This document shows positions 9,814 to 19,113 of a stretch of 64,000 bases of DNA, piece after piece. The position numbers were made by a program, and so were the translations under genes. The notes beneath the pieces were generated by a model. It searched no databases. It was not told where the DNA came from and was given only the letters and a program-made list of their open reading frames with translations. Position 1 is the stretch's first letter; each line of letters starts with the position of its first letter. The stretch lies in contig JBGARZ010000012.1 of the NCBI GenBank assembly GCA_044229975.1, forward strand, positions 256,001 through 320,000, read 5' to 3'. The stretch is from Polyangiales bacterium. GTDB taxonomy: Bacteria > Myxococcota_A > Polyangia > Polyangiales > Ga0077539.

Positions 9814-10626
9814 CTACGGGGTGAGCACTTCCACGAACTCTGCGACCACCCGCACCTCGGCGGCGTCGCTCTCGCGAAGCTCGATGGGCTTGTACTCGGC
9901 GTTGTCGGGGAGCAGGCGCACCCGCCTCGGGGAGAGGCGCTCGAAGCGCTTCACGGTGTAGCTGGTTCCGGTGTCGGCGTCGTGGATGCCACCGTGCTGG
10001 ACGAGCAGGGTGCGACCCTGGAGGTCATCGGGCAGCCGCATGTTGAAGAGGCAGTGCGACCCGTCGGGTATGCGGGGCTCCATGGAGCGGCCGACGACAC
10101 GCGCGACGAAGAGGTTCTTGTGGGCTCTGCGTGATCGGCCCAGCGAGACCCAGGTGACGGTCGGGTCGGTGGGGCCGGGCATGAAGCCGCCTGCGGCGAG
10201 GTCGATGCCGATGAGCGGGACACACGTGACGTAGCGCTCCGTCGCGCGGGGGTGGACGACCTTGAGCGGTGCATCGTCCGCGGCGTCGTCGGCGACGGTG
10301 CGCGGGCTCTGTTGGGCGGCGAGCAGGAGCGCTTCGAGGGCGGCGGCAGTGAGGCCGCGGGTCGCGTCGATGAGGGCGGCGCGGGTGCCGTGCTCGGGGA
10401 AGTTCACGAGGTCGAGCACCTCGACGTTGAGCCGATCGGCGATGGCCTTGAGCGACTGGATGGTCGGGCGAACGCGGCCGTTCTCGATGTCGGAGAGGTG
10501 GCCCTTGGCGATGGTGTCGCTCTCGTGGGCGAGCTTCTCCAGGGTCTTGCCGCGCTCCAGTCGGAGTCCCCTCACCCGCCGACCGATGGCCTCCGAGAGT
10601 GGATCAGGCTCGTCCAACCTCGGCAT
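9814..10626 (-). CDS. XRE-HTH plus S24 peptidase (LexA/CI-like) repressor
   Basis: N-terminal HTH (LSDIENGRVRPTIQSL); AAG candidate cleavage site; VGRSMEP (Ser) and YTVKRF (Lys). Confidence 0.88.
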   Translation of the reverse strand: MPRLDEPDPLSEAIGRRVRGLRLERGKTLEKLAHESDTIAKGHLSDIENGRVRPTIQSLKAIADRLNVEVLDLVNFPEHGTRAALIDATRGLTAAALEALLLAAQQSPRTVADDAADDAPLKVVHPRATERYVTCVPLIGIDLAAGGFMPGPTDPTVTWVSLGRSRRAHKNLFVARVVGRSMEPRIPDGSHCLFNMRLPDDLQGRTLLVQHGGIHDADTGTSYTVKRFERLSPRRVRLLPDNAEYKPIELRESDAAEVRVVAEFVEVLTP

Positions 10627-10725
10627 CGGGCGGGATCGTAGGGAGGCGCACCAACGACTCGTTCGTCGAGACGATCACAACCAATCACCCGTCATCTCCG
10701 CGGAAGAGACGAAGCGATAACTGGC

Positions 10726-10759
10726 CTTGCCGAAGGCATGGCGGTAGAACTTCGGCAAG
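10726..10759. promoter_or_regulatory. Candidate operator: perfect 10-bp inverted repeat
   Basis: CTTGCCGAAG-N14-CTTCGGCAAG between the divergent repressor and the sspB start. Confidence 0.5.
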
Positions 10760-10766
10760 ACGAACC

Positions 10767-11708
10767 ATGGCCGCCGGAAATGCGCGAGGAGCCACCGAGG
10801 GCGGGCGGCGAGAGGTGGGTTCGACGGTGTCCTTCTCCGGGCACGAGAGCTTCCCGCTGCGCTACGGATGGCCGAAGAAGTGCGTCGACGCGGTGGCGAA
10901 AGACCCCGACGTCTTCAACCGCGACGAGGCCATGGTCACGCTCGGCGTCGGCAAGAACATGGTCAAGGCCATCCGCCACTGGGGCCTCGCCACCCGGGTC
11001 ATCGAGGCCCGCGGCCGCACCCTCCAGGTGTCTGCCCTGGGTCACGCGCTCTTCGACGACGACGGCGCTGATCCCTTCCTCGAAGACCCGCGCACCCCGT
11101 GGTTGCTTCACTGGTTCATCAGCACCCACGCCGATCGCGCCACCACCTGGAGCTGGTGCTTCGGATCGCTCCAGCGCCAGGGCTTCACCCGCGACGACCT
11201 GCTGCGCGACCTCCAGGCCGCCCACGTCTCCGCCCGCACCACGCCGGCGACCCTCGCCCGCGACGTCGAGGTCTTCCTGCGTACGTACACACCCGCCCGC
11301 GCGACCCGCGCCGTCGCCATCGAGGACACCCTCGACTGCCCGCTGGTCGAGTTGCGCCTCCTTCGCGAAGACGTCGCCGAGCGGCGCTATGAGTTCGTTC
11401 GGGGGCCGAAGCCTACCCTCGACGACGTCACCTTCGGCTTCGCGGTGCTGGAGTTCTGGCAACGCGTCGCACCCGAGCGAGAGACGCTCAGCGTCGACGA
11501 CCTCGCGCGCCACCCGGGGTCGCCCGGCCGGGTGTTCCGGCTCGATGATGACTCGCTCGCGGCGCGCCTCGAACACGTTGTCCGCTGGTCGCACGGCGCG
11601 CTTCTGCACGACGACACCGCGGGCGTCCGGCAGCTCCTTCGCAAGAAGCGCGTCGACCCGGTGGCGTGGCTACTGACGGAGCTGCGGCGAGAGGGCGCAC
11701 GCGCGTGA
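10767..11708 (+). CDS. sspB: DUF4007 family protein (SspB-like; start may be GTG 10815)
   Basis: FSGHESFPLRYGWPKK, LGVGKNMVKAIRHW, DPFLED and WLLHW are DUF4007 signatures; context with ATPase and PAPS reductase. Confidence 0.85.
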   Translation: MAAGNARGATEGGRREVGSTVSFSGHESFPLRYGWPKKCVDAVAKDPDVFNRDEAMVTLGVGKNMVKAIRHWGLATRVIEARGRTLQVSALGHALFDDDGADPFLEDPRTPWLLHWFISTHADRATTWSWCFGSLQRQGFTRDDLLRDLQAAHVSARTTPATLARDVEVFLRTYTPARATRAVAIEDTLDCPLVELRLLREDVAERRYEFVRGPKPTLDDVTFGFAVLEFWQRVAPERETLSVDDLARHPGSPGRVFRLDDDSLAARLEHVVRWSHGALLHDDTAGVRQLLRKKRVDPVAWLLTELRREGARA

Positions 11709-14700
11709 CGCGGCCCGGTGATCTGTTCGAGGTGCAGCGGAGGTTCTTCCGCTCGGTACATCTCGCGACCGATTCGCAGCGCCACGACGCGAGCGAGGGC
11801 TACGTGCTCACGCCGCTCGGACGAGGAACCCTCGGGCGCATCCTCGACGGCCTCGGCGAGGGGCGCACCGAGCGGGCATGGACGCTGACGGGCCCCTACG
11901 GCGTCGGGAAGTCGGCCTTCGTGGTGCTGCTCGCGCAGCTTCTGTGCGCGGGCTCCGACGCGAGCACCAACACCGCGATGCGGGTGCTGCACGACGGCGA
12001 GCGGACGCTGGAGCGGCGCTTTCACAAGCTGCGCGACGGCAACCGCGGCTTCTGCCCGGTGCTCGTCAGCGGAACCTACGGTCCCCTCCTCCCCCCTCTC
12101 CTCGAAGCCGTCGAGCGCTCGGTGCTCGCGATGACCCGCACGAGCGCCCGGCAGCAACAGTTCTTGAAGGAGCTTCGCTCGCTGCGCTCGAGCCGCGCGA
12201 AGGCCGCCGAGCTGCACCGCCGCGTGGTGCGACTCTTCCAGGACCTCACCGAGCTGGTGGGGCAGCGCCACGGCGGCGTGCTGCTCGTGGTCGACGAGCT
12301 CGGCAAGTGCCTGGAGTACGCCGCGCGAGGAGCGGGCCACGCCGACGAGGTGTTTCTCCTGCAAGAGCTCGCCGAGGCGGCGTCGCGCAGCGGAGAGCGC
12401 CCGATGGTGGTCGTCACGCTCCTGCACCAGGCCTTCGATCGATACGCCAAAGACCTCTCCGCCGAGACGCGCGCCGAGTGGTCGAAGGTGCAGGGCCGCT
12501 TCGAGGACGTCGCCTTCCTCGACGCCCCCGGTGAGCTGCTGCGCCTCGCAGCGCGCACCCTCCACCGCCGCGCGCCCTCCACCGCCGCTCGCTACCAGCA
12601 CTGGGACGCCCTCGCCGAGAAGGCCATCGCGCTCGGGCTCGCTCCGCCCGAGCAGGGCCCGACCTTGCGTCAGCTCGCGCCGTTGCACCCCACCGTTGCG
12701 CTGCTTCTGCCGTCTCTCTGCCGCGGTCCGCTCGCGCAAAACGAGCGGTCGCTCTTCGGCTTCCTGACCTCCACGGCCGACGGGGCCTTCGGCGCCTTCC
12801 TCGCGGCCGACCACGCATCGAGCGCGCCCTCGTACACCCTCGACCAGCTCTACGACTTCATCGTCGCAACCCTCGGCCCCGCGCAGTACACGCTCGCCGC
12901 GGGTCGCCGCTGGGCGGCCATCGACGAGGCCGTTGCCCGTCTGTCCGGCGACGAGCCCGCCCTCTCGGCGCGGCTGCTCAAGGCCATCGGGTTGCTCGGT
13001 CTGTTGGGCTCGCGTGCGGTGCGATCGTCGCGCGAGACGCTGTGCTTCGCGCTCGTCGACGAGGTCACTTCCGAAGCGGAAGTAGGCGCCGCGCTCGATC
13101 GGCTCGCGGCGGCGTCGCAGGTGGTGTTTCGTCGGCACAGCGACGCGTACGCGCTGTGGGAGGGCAGCGACGTCGACCTCGACCAGCACTTCGACGAGGC
13201 CCGCCAGCGGCCGCCCGGTCTGGAGGAGGTGTCGGCGCTGCTCGGCGAGCGGATGCTCTTGCGTCCGTACATCGCGCGGCGGCACTTCTTCGAGACGGGG
13301 ACGCTGCGGCACTTCGACGTGACGTTCCGCACGTCCAATGGGGTGTCGTCAGCGCTCGCGGACGACGAGCTCGACGGGGCCGACGGGCGCATCGTGTACC
13401 TGCTACCGGAGGGGTCGGAGTCGCACGACGACCTCACGGGCCTGGCCGTCGGGGCGGCGCGGCGAGCGGACGTGGTGTTTGGTGTTCCGCGCGAGGCGAG
13501 GCAGCTCCTGGCGGGGTTGCATGACTGGTGCGCGTGGGAGTCGGTGCGCAGCCACGTAGGGGCGCTGGCGAACGATCCAGTGGCGCGGCGCGAGCTGTCG
13601 GCGCGGATCCACTTCGCCAACGACCGGCTCGACGCGGCGGTGCAGTCCTGCTTCGGGCTCGCGGGCGGAGCGCGGGTCGACTGGGTTCACGATGGAGCCC
13701 CGACGGGGTGGAGCGGCGCGCGGGCGCTCTCGCGGGCGCTGTCGGCGGTGTGCGATCGGACCTTCCCCGAGGCGCCGGTGGTGCGAAACGAGCTGCTCAA
13801 CCGTCGCTCGCTCTCGTCCGCGGCGGCGGCGGCGCGGCGCTCGTTGCTCGACGCGATGATGGCGCACCCGCACGAGGCCCGACTGGGCATCGAGGGGACC
13901 CCGCCGGAGTTCAGCATGTACGCGTCGGTGCTCGCCGCCGGGGGCCTGCACCGCGAGCGCGACGGGCGTTGGTCGTTTGGTCCGCCGCCGGAGGACGACC
14001 CGCTGCGGCTGCGGCCGGCGTGGGATCGCATCGAGCAGTTTCTCGACACCACGGAGGACGGACAGCGGCCCGTCCGTGAGCTCTTCGACGCGCTGGCGCG
14101 CCGGCCCATCGGGCTGCGCGAGGGTCCGGTGCCGGTGTTGTTCTTTGCGGTGGTGTTGTCGACGCCCGGCGAGGTGGCGCTCTTCGAGGACGGGAGCTTC
14201 GTGCCCGAGCTGAGCGACGCGGTGGTCGAGCGGCTGTTGCGTCGCGTCGATCACTTCACGGTGGCGCGGCATCGGCTCGACGGTCACCGGCTGGCGGTGC
14301 TGGGTGCGCTGCGCTCGACGCTGGGGTTGGAGGGTGAGCCCGAGGGGGCGATCGCGACGGTGCGGGCCATCGTACGGAAGGTGGGGCAGCTCCCGCGGTA
14401 CAGCCGGAGCACACGCCAGGTGGGGGCGGCGGCGTTGGCGGTGCGCGAGGCGATCCTCGGGGCGCGCGACCCGTTGCGGTTGTTGTTCCGTGATCTGCCG
14501 ACGGCGCTCGGACTCCCGGTCGTCGACCGCGGCGAGAGCGGTGACGTCGGAGCGTACCCGGCGCAGATGGCGGCGGCGTTGGGTGAGCTGGCGGGAGCGC
14601 ACCCGGCGCTGCTCGACGCGGTCGAGCGCAAGGTGGCCGCGGCGCTGGAGGTGTCGGGAGAGGGCGCGTTTTTGCGGGCGGAGCTGACGGCGCGGGCGCG

Positions 14701-15076
14701 GCGGGTGGCGGGGGTGGCGAGCGACCTGCGCTTGAAGGCTTTTCTCGGGCGGACCATGGAGGAGCGGGCGTCGCGGACGGACTGGCTGGAGGGCGTCGCG
14801 ATGGTGGTGGGCAACCGCCCTCCGTCGGAGTGGACCGACGGCGAGGTGGCGCGCTTCGAGGTGGGCCTGGAGGAGGTGCGGATGATGTTCCAGCGGGCCG
14901 AGGAGCTCATGACGGTGCCGCGCGCGCGGGTGATGAAGGTCGATGAGCCGGGGGCGCTGGAGGGGGCGGAGCGAGAGATCTTGCGGCTGCTGGAGGGGCG
15001 ATTCGGGGGCGAGCGCGGGGCGTGGCGGGCGGCGCTGGAGCGAGCGTTGAACGCGGCGCAGGAGGCGGGGCGGTGA
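11705..15076 (+). CDS. sspC: Large P-loop ATPase (SspC-like)
   Basis: Walker A GPYGVGKS, Walker B LLVVDELGK, EWSKVQGRF, PLHP and QNERSLFGFL; GTGA overlap with sspB. Confidence 0.82.
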   Translation: MTRPGDLFEVQRRFFRSVHLATDSQRHDASEGYVLTPLGRGTLGRILDGLGEGRTERAWTLTGPYGVGKSAFVVLLAQLLCAGSDASTNTAMRVLHDGERTLERRFHKLRDGNRGFCPVLVSGTYGPLLPPLLEAVERSVLAMTRTSARQQQFLKELRSLRSSRAKAAELHRRVVRLFQDLTELVGQRHGGVLLVVDELGKCLEYAARGAGHADEVFLLQELAEAASRSGERPMVVVTLLHQAFDRYAKDLSAETRAEWSKVQGRFEDVAFLDAPGELLRLAARTLHRRAPSTAARYQHWDALAEKAIALGLAPPEQGPTLRQLAPLHPTVALLLPSLCRGPLAQNERSLFGFLTSTADGAFGAFLAADHASSAPSYTLDQLYDFIVATLGPAQYTLAAGRRWAAIDEAVARLSGDEPALSARLLKAIGLLGLLGSRAVRSSRETLCFALVDEVTSEAEVGAALDRLAAASQVVFRRHSDAYALWEGSDVDLDQHFDEARQRPPGLEEVSALLGERMLLRPYIARRHFFETGTLRHFDVTFRTSNGVSSALADDELDGADGRIVYLLPEGSESHDDLTGLAVGAARRADVVFGVPREARQLLAGLHDWCAWESVRSHVGALANDPVARRELSARIHFANDRLDAAVQSCFGLAGGARVDWVHDGAPTGWSGARALSRALSAVCDRTFPEAPVVRNELLNRRSLSSAAAAARRSLLDAMMAHPHEARLGIEGTPPEFSMYASVLAAGGLHRERDGRWSFGPPPEDDPLRLRPAWDRIEQFLDTTEDGQRPVRELFDALARRPIGLREGPVPVLFFAVVLSTPGEVALFEDGSFVPELSDAVVERLLRRVDHFTVARHRLDGHRLAVLGALRSTLGLEGEPEGAIATVRAIVRKVGQLPRYSRSTRQVGAAALAVREAILGARDPLRLLFRDLPTALGLPVVDRGESGDVGAYPAQMAAALGELAGAHPALLDAVERKVAAALEVSGEGAFLRAELTARARRVAGVASDLRLKAFLGRTMEERASRTDWLEGVAMVVGNRPPSEWTDGEVARFEVGLEEVRMMFQRAEELMTVPRARVMKVDEPGALEGAEREILRLLEGRFGGERGAWRAALERALNAAQEAGR

Positions 15077-15882
15077 GCGCCACGGAGAAGCCGGTGCGGC
15101 ACGTGCTGGGGTTGTCGGGAGGGAAGGACTCCTCGGCGCTGGCGATCTACATGCGCGAGCGGGTTCCGGAGATGGAGTACGTCTTTTGCGATACGGGGAA
15201 GGAGCTCCCCGAGACGTACGAGTTTCTCACGAAGATGGAGGCGTATCTCGGCAAGCCGATCCAGCGGCTGATGAGCGAGCGGGACTTCGATCACTACCTG
15301 GATGTGTTCAATGGGTATCTCCCGTCGAGCCGGATGCGGTGGTGCACGCGGCTGCTGAAGCTGAAGCCCTTCGAGCAGTACGTGGGCGACGACCGGGTGG
15401 TGAACTACGTGGGGATTCGCGCGGACGAGCAGCGCGAGGGGTACATCTCGACGAAGCCCAACATCACGTCGGTGTTTCCCTTCCGGGAGGACGGGCTGGT
15501 GAAGGCCGACGTGCTTCGGATATTGGAAGAGAGCGGGGTGGGGATTCCGGGGTACTACCGGTGGCGGTCGCGGTCGGGGTGCTCGTTCTGCTTCTTCCAG
15601 CGGAAGGAAGAGTGGGTGGGGCTCAAGCGGGAGCACCCGGACTTGTTTGAAGAGGCCAAAGGCTACGAGAAGACGGACGCGACGACAGGGGAGCGGTTCA
15701 CGTGGCGCAAGGGCGAGACGCTGGACGAACTGGTGGCCAGGGAAGAGGCCCGGGGCGGGGAGGAGAAGCGGCCCGAGCGCGCGGTGAAGCGGAAGAATCT
15801 GCCGCTGGTGAGCGTGTTTGCGGACGAGGGCGATGGGGACGAGGACGAGGATGAGCGGCCGTGTCTGATTTGTGAGTTGTAG
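15073..15882 (+). CDS. sspD: PAPS-reductase family protein (SspD-like)
   Basis: PP-loop LSGGKDS, CDTGKE, RWCTRLLKLKPF, GIRADE, SRSGCSFCFFQ and terminal CLIC; GTGA overlap with sspC. Confidence 0.87.
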   Translation: MSATEKPVRHVLGLSGGKDSSALAIYMRERVPEMEYVFCDTGKELPETYEFLTKMEAYLGKPIQRLMSERDFDHYLDVFNGYLPSSRMRWCTRLLKLKPFEQYVGDDRVVNYVGIRADEQREGYISTKPNITSVFPFREDGLVKADVLRILEESGVGIPGYYRWRSRSGCSFCFFQRKEEWVGLKREHPDLFEEAKGYEKTDATTGERFTWRKGETLDELVAREEARGGEEKRPERAVKRKNLPLVSVFADEGDGDEDEDERPCLICEL

Positions 15883-15893
15883 GGAGGACGGGC

Positions 15894-16535
15894 TTGAACT
15901 TCCCATTTCCTAGTTACCGCTTTGACGAGCTTGACCAAGCTCCTGATCAACCTGGCATTTACGCTTGGTACCATGAAGTCCGCCTCACCAGTGCCGACAT
16001 CGACCAGTTTGTGCAGCAGATCAAGAAGCTAGAGACCGGGGCGCGACCGCCAGTGGTCGAGAGCTACCTCCGCGAGCGAGTCTTCGATCCGTACAAGGAG
16101 TCACCGTACCAGATCGCGCTGCGGGGAGGGCTGAAGCCGGAGTACGGCGGGCACGTCAACCACCAGCCTCGGGTTTCGAAGACGACGATAGAGACGCTGG
16201 CAGAGAAACCCGACGGGATTCGCGAGATTCGTGATCTGCTGAAGCGAATGGTGCCGGTGTTTGCGAGTCCTATCTACATTGGGGTAGCGACCCGCTCCCT
16301 GCGCACCCGCCTATTGCAACACCAGACACTTCTGGTCGAGTATCGAGAAACGCCTGCGGCAGCAATCCCTGACGACGAAGACCACTCCTTTGCCTATGAG
16401 GCGATCTGCGAGCGCGGTTTGTCGCCTTTAGAGCTGATTGTCTACGCCATGGAGACGCCGGTGTCGCGCGAAATGCAGCTTGCCGCCGAGTACATCTTTA
16501 ATCGCATCAACTACCCGCTCTGCGGGCGAAGGTAA
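15894..16535 (+). CDS. GIY-YIG nuclease-like protein
   Basis: PGIYAWY ... PIYIGVA, LRTRLLQH, late AEY..N..YP; GGGAGG RBS before a TTG start. Confidence 0.75.
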   Translation: MNFPFPSYRFDELDQAPDQPGIYAWYHEVRLTSADIDQFVQQIKKLETGARPPVVESYLRERVFDPYKESPYQIALRGGLKPEYGGHVNHQPRVSKTTIETLAEKPDGIREIRDLLKRMVPVFASPIYIGVATRSLRTRLLQHQTLLVEYRETPAAAIPDDEDHSFAYEAICERGLSPLELIVYAMETPVSREMQLAAEYIFNRINYPLCGRR

Positions 16536-16540
16536 CGCTG

Positions 16541-18754
16541 ATGATCCCGAAAGCACCCAAGAAGCAGAGCGCGCTCGACCTGACCATCAAAGGATCCATG
16601 GGCGATTTCGTCGTATCGCAAGGAGGAACTTCCTCGGTGCGAGTCAACTATCTCCTGAGCCACATCGGGCTGGAGCTCGAAGGCGATCATCAAGAGCGCC
16701 TGCTGTCACGCATCGCCCCGTTTCGTGAGGTATTCGATACCCGAACGTTGGACTTCGACCAGATCATGCAGCGAGACATCGACGACTCGCGCGTCTCGGC
16801 TGACCTTATCCGATATCTACTAGAGAAGGCCAATACGGGATTGGTCAAGCTCTTCCCACCGATCATCGTAGTGCTGCTACCGACGGACGCGGGTGGCAAG
16901 CCCGCGTCCTTCTACCCACCGGTCGAGGGCGCGACCATTGAACAAGATGAGTCTCAATTCGAGGTGGTGCGCTCTGGAGCAGTCGGGCAGGAGGTATTTG
17001 AACTGCGACGCTGGCTTGTCGACGGGATGCCCCAGTCGCACGATTTCGCCGAGTTGCGCATCAACACCAATCGCTGCAAGTTGGTCATCGTCGATGGCCA
17101 GCACCGCGCGATGAGCTTGCTGGCGTTGTACCGCAACATCAAGGGCTGGCCCGAGCGCACCCGCAACGTTGAACCCTATTACAAAATCTGGACGCGTGCC
17201 CGGATCATGGATTTCGACCTGCACCGCGCCAAGATGCCGATCATGTTCTGCGTCTTTCCACAGCTCGACGGGCAGCAGGACAACGCCCAGCTCAAGGTTC
17301 ATGAGGCGTGTCGATCGATCTTCCTGGCTCTGAACAAGAACGCTCGCCCGGTTACGCGTTCGCGCAACATCTTGCTGGACGATCGGGATGTGGTCGCAAT
17401 GTTCCTGCGCGAGATCCTCGGATACATCAAGGACCGCAACATTGGCACCATGGAGAGCATTCGGCTGCCTGCGGTCGAGCTAGACAATGACAAGAACCAA
17501 TCGGTGTTGAAGTCACCGGTCGCCATCACTGGCGTTACCCATCTCAACGGGCTCGTCGAGCGCCTGATGCTCGCGATTCCCCCTCAGCCGGGGCTGACGG
17601 TCAAGGCACAGAACCTCTGGCTGAGCACGCGTCTCGACAAGTGCTTTGCTCGTCTGGGGGTTCAGGATCAACTCACGCCTGACATCGAGAAACGTGTACG
17701 TCGGGACGCGTGCGATCGCGAAGTGATGTCGGTTCTGCGGAGCGCCTTCGAGGTGGTCTATCGGCCGGTGCTTGTTCGCGGACTCGACGCTTTCGCGCCG
17801 TATCGCGTTCACCACGAGGCGTCTACGGCCATGCACATGAAGTTGGACGCAGGAGCAACGTCCGATTTCTATCGAGCGATCCTGTTTGAGGGCGAAGGCA
17901 TGAACCGGGTCTTCGAGGACTTCCAGAAGCGTCTCGGAGAAATGCTGGACGACGACGAGTTCGCGACGCCCGAGCTCAAGCAGACGCGCGACGAGTTCAC
18001 CGGTCGACAGGCCAGCCTCGCCAAGGAGGTAGAGGAATTTCAAACTGACCGTGTGACCCGACTGCTCGGTGACGTGCCGAAGGAACTCGCGGGTAGTCCG
18101 AAGATCCAAAAATGGATCAACGACGACCTCTATGGAGACACGCTGACGACCGCAGCGTTTCAGAACGCGCTGTTTTTGACGTTTTTCGGAGTCATCGAAC
18201 AGATCAACAGCGACCGATCGAGGCCACCCGCTGCGGCGCCCGCGCTGACGGCGGTAGAGATCGGCGAGATGTTCGAGGGCTACCTCTCAGACCTCAACGC
18301 GTTCTTCTCTCCCAAAAAGCGGGCGGGATTGGAGAACCTCGTTGCGGTGTTCCACGGCGAGCTTCGTTCTGATGGCGCGCTGATCGCGACCAACGCCAAC
18401 CTCAAGAAGATCCTGTTGCCCACGGAGCTCAAGCCCGATGAGTGGCCGAAGTTCCGCGCCATGTTGCAAGAACTCTGGCACCCGGCCCTGCCAGAAGCGC
18501 GCAGCCTGTTGGTGGCACACCGAGACATGGTGCGACGACAAGCGCTCGAACGTTACATCGCCCGGGCGGTCACTGAGTTCTGTCGGGACAAGGCGATTCG
18601 CGAGAAGGACCTTGGCGCCCCTGAACGTGAGCAGATCGAGCAGACCTGCACCGACCGGCTCGTGAAGGGGCTCTCGGCGCTAGGTTCTAAGGTGAACGCG
18701 GACGACCTACTGAAGAGCGTGCGCGCGACGCCCCCAGAGCAAACGGAGGAGTGA
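16541..18754 (+). CDS. DGQHR-domain (DndB/ParB-like) protein with long helical C-terminus
   Basis: IMQRDID..RV, FPPIIV, VIVDGQHR and IFLALNKNARPV; 5-bp gap after the GIY-YIG gene. Confidence 0.85.
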   Translation: MIPKAPKKQSALDLTIKGSMGDFVVSQGGTSSVRVNYLLSHIGLELEGDHQERLLSRIAPFREVFDTRTLDFDQIMQRDIDDSRVSADLIRYLLEKANTGLVKLFPPIIVVLLPTDAGGKPASFYPPVEGATIEQDESQFEVVRSGAVGQEVFELRRWLVDGMPQSHDFAELRINTNRCKLVIVDGQHRAMSLLALYRNIKGWPERTRNVEPYYKIWTRARIMDFDLHRAKMPIMFCVFPQLDGQQDNAQLKVHEACRSIFLALNKNARPVTRSRNILLDDRDVVAMFLREILGYIKDRNIGTMESIRLPAVELDNDKNQSVLKSPVAITGVTHLNGLVERLMLAIPPQPGLTVKAQNLWLSTRLDKCFARLGVQDQLTPDIEKRVRRDACDREVMSVLRSAFEVVYRPVLVRGLDAFAPYRVHHEASTAMHMKLDAGATSDFYRAILFEGEGMNRVFEDFQKRLGEMLDDDEFATPELKQTRDEFTGRQASLAKEVEEFQTDRVTRLLGDVPKELAGSPKIQKWINDDLYGDTLTTAAFQNALFLTFFGVIEQINSDRSRPPAAAPALTAVEIGEMFEGYLSDLNAFFSPKKRAGLENLVAVFHGELRSDGALIATNANLKKILLPTELKPDEWPKFRAMLQELWHPALPEARSLLVAHRDMVRRQALERYIARAVTEFCRDKAIREKDLGAPEREQIEQTCTDRLVKGLSALGSKVNADDLLKSVRATPPEQTEE

Positions 18755-18777
18755 CCGCCACAGGGTGACCCATCACC

Positions 18778-19113
18778 TCAAGCCGCCGCGTAGTCCCCAA
18801 ACCGTCGCCGGCTCAGGTGCTGAAACGCCAGCACGATGCGGTCCTTGGGGACGCCGGCCGCTTCGAGGTCGCGCGCGATGCCGCGCTCGGTTCCGTCGTG
18901 CTGGATCCATATCTTGCCGTCGATGATATCGACGTGAAGTAGCGGCGCGTGGACGCGCTTCGGCCCCTCCCACCCAACGGCCATGAGCAGGTAGTGGTCC
19001 TGCGCGCGGTCGAAAACCGTCGAGAGCGCGATGTCCCCGTAGGACACCGGCACACGCGTTTCCTCAGTCAAAAGGCTCTCGATCAGATCGCGCCACTCGG
19101 CTGGGGCATCCAT
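18778..19113 (-). CDS. xisI: XisI family protein
   Basis: FDRAQDHYLLM..GW..KRVH..LHVDIIDGKIWIQHDGTE..AGVPKDRIVLAF. Confidence 0.92.
   Translation of the reverse strand: MDAPAEWRDLIESLLTEETRVPVSYGDIALSTVFDRAQDHYLLMAVGWEGPKRVHAPLLHVDIIDGKIWIQHDGTERGIARDLEAAGVPKDRIVLAFQHLSRRRFGDYAAA

Noticed and set aside
10767..15882. BREX type 4 (BrxP = DUF4007/PAPS reductase)
   Set aside because: No pglZ or brxL, and three separate genes in B-C-D order fit Ssp better.
15073..15882. Sulfate-assimilation cysH
   Set aside because: No cys genes nearby; the gene is coupled to DUF4007 and the ATPase.
16541..18754. Canonical SspE
   Set aside because: The motif is DGQHR with DndB-type flanks rather than DUF262 DGQQR, and no C-terminal HNH (EHxxP) motif is visible.
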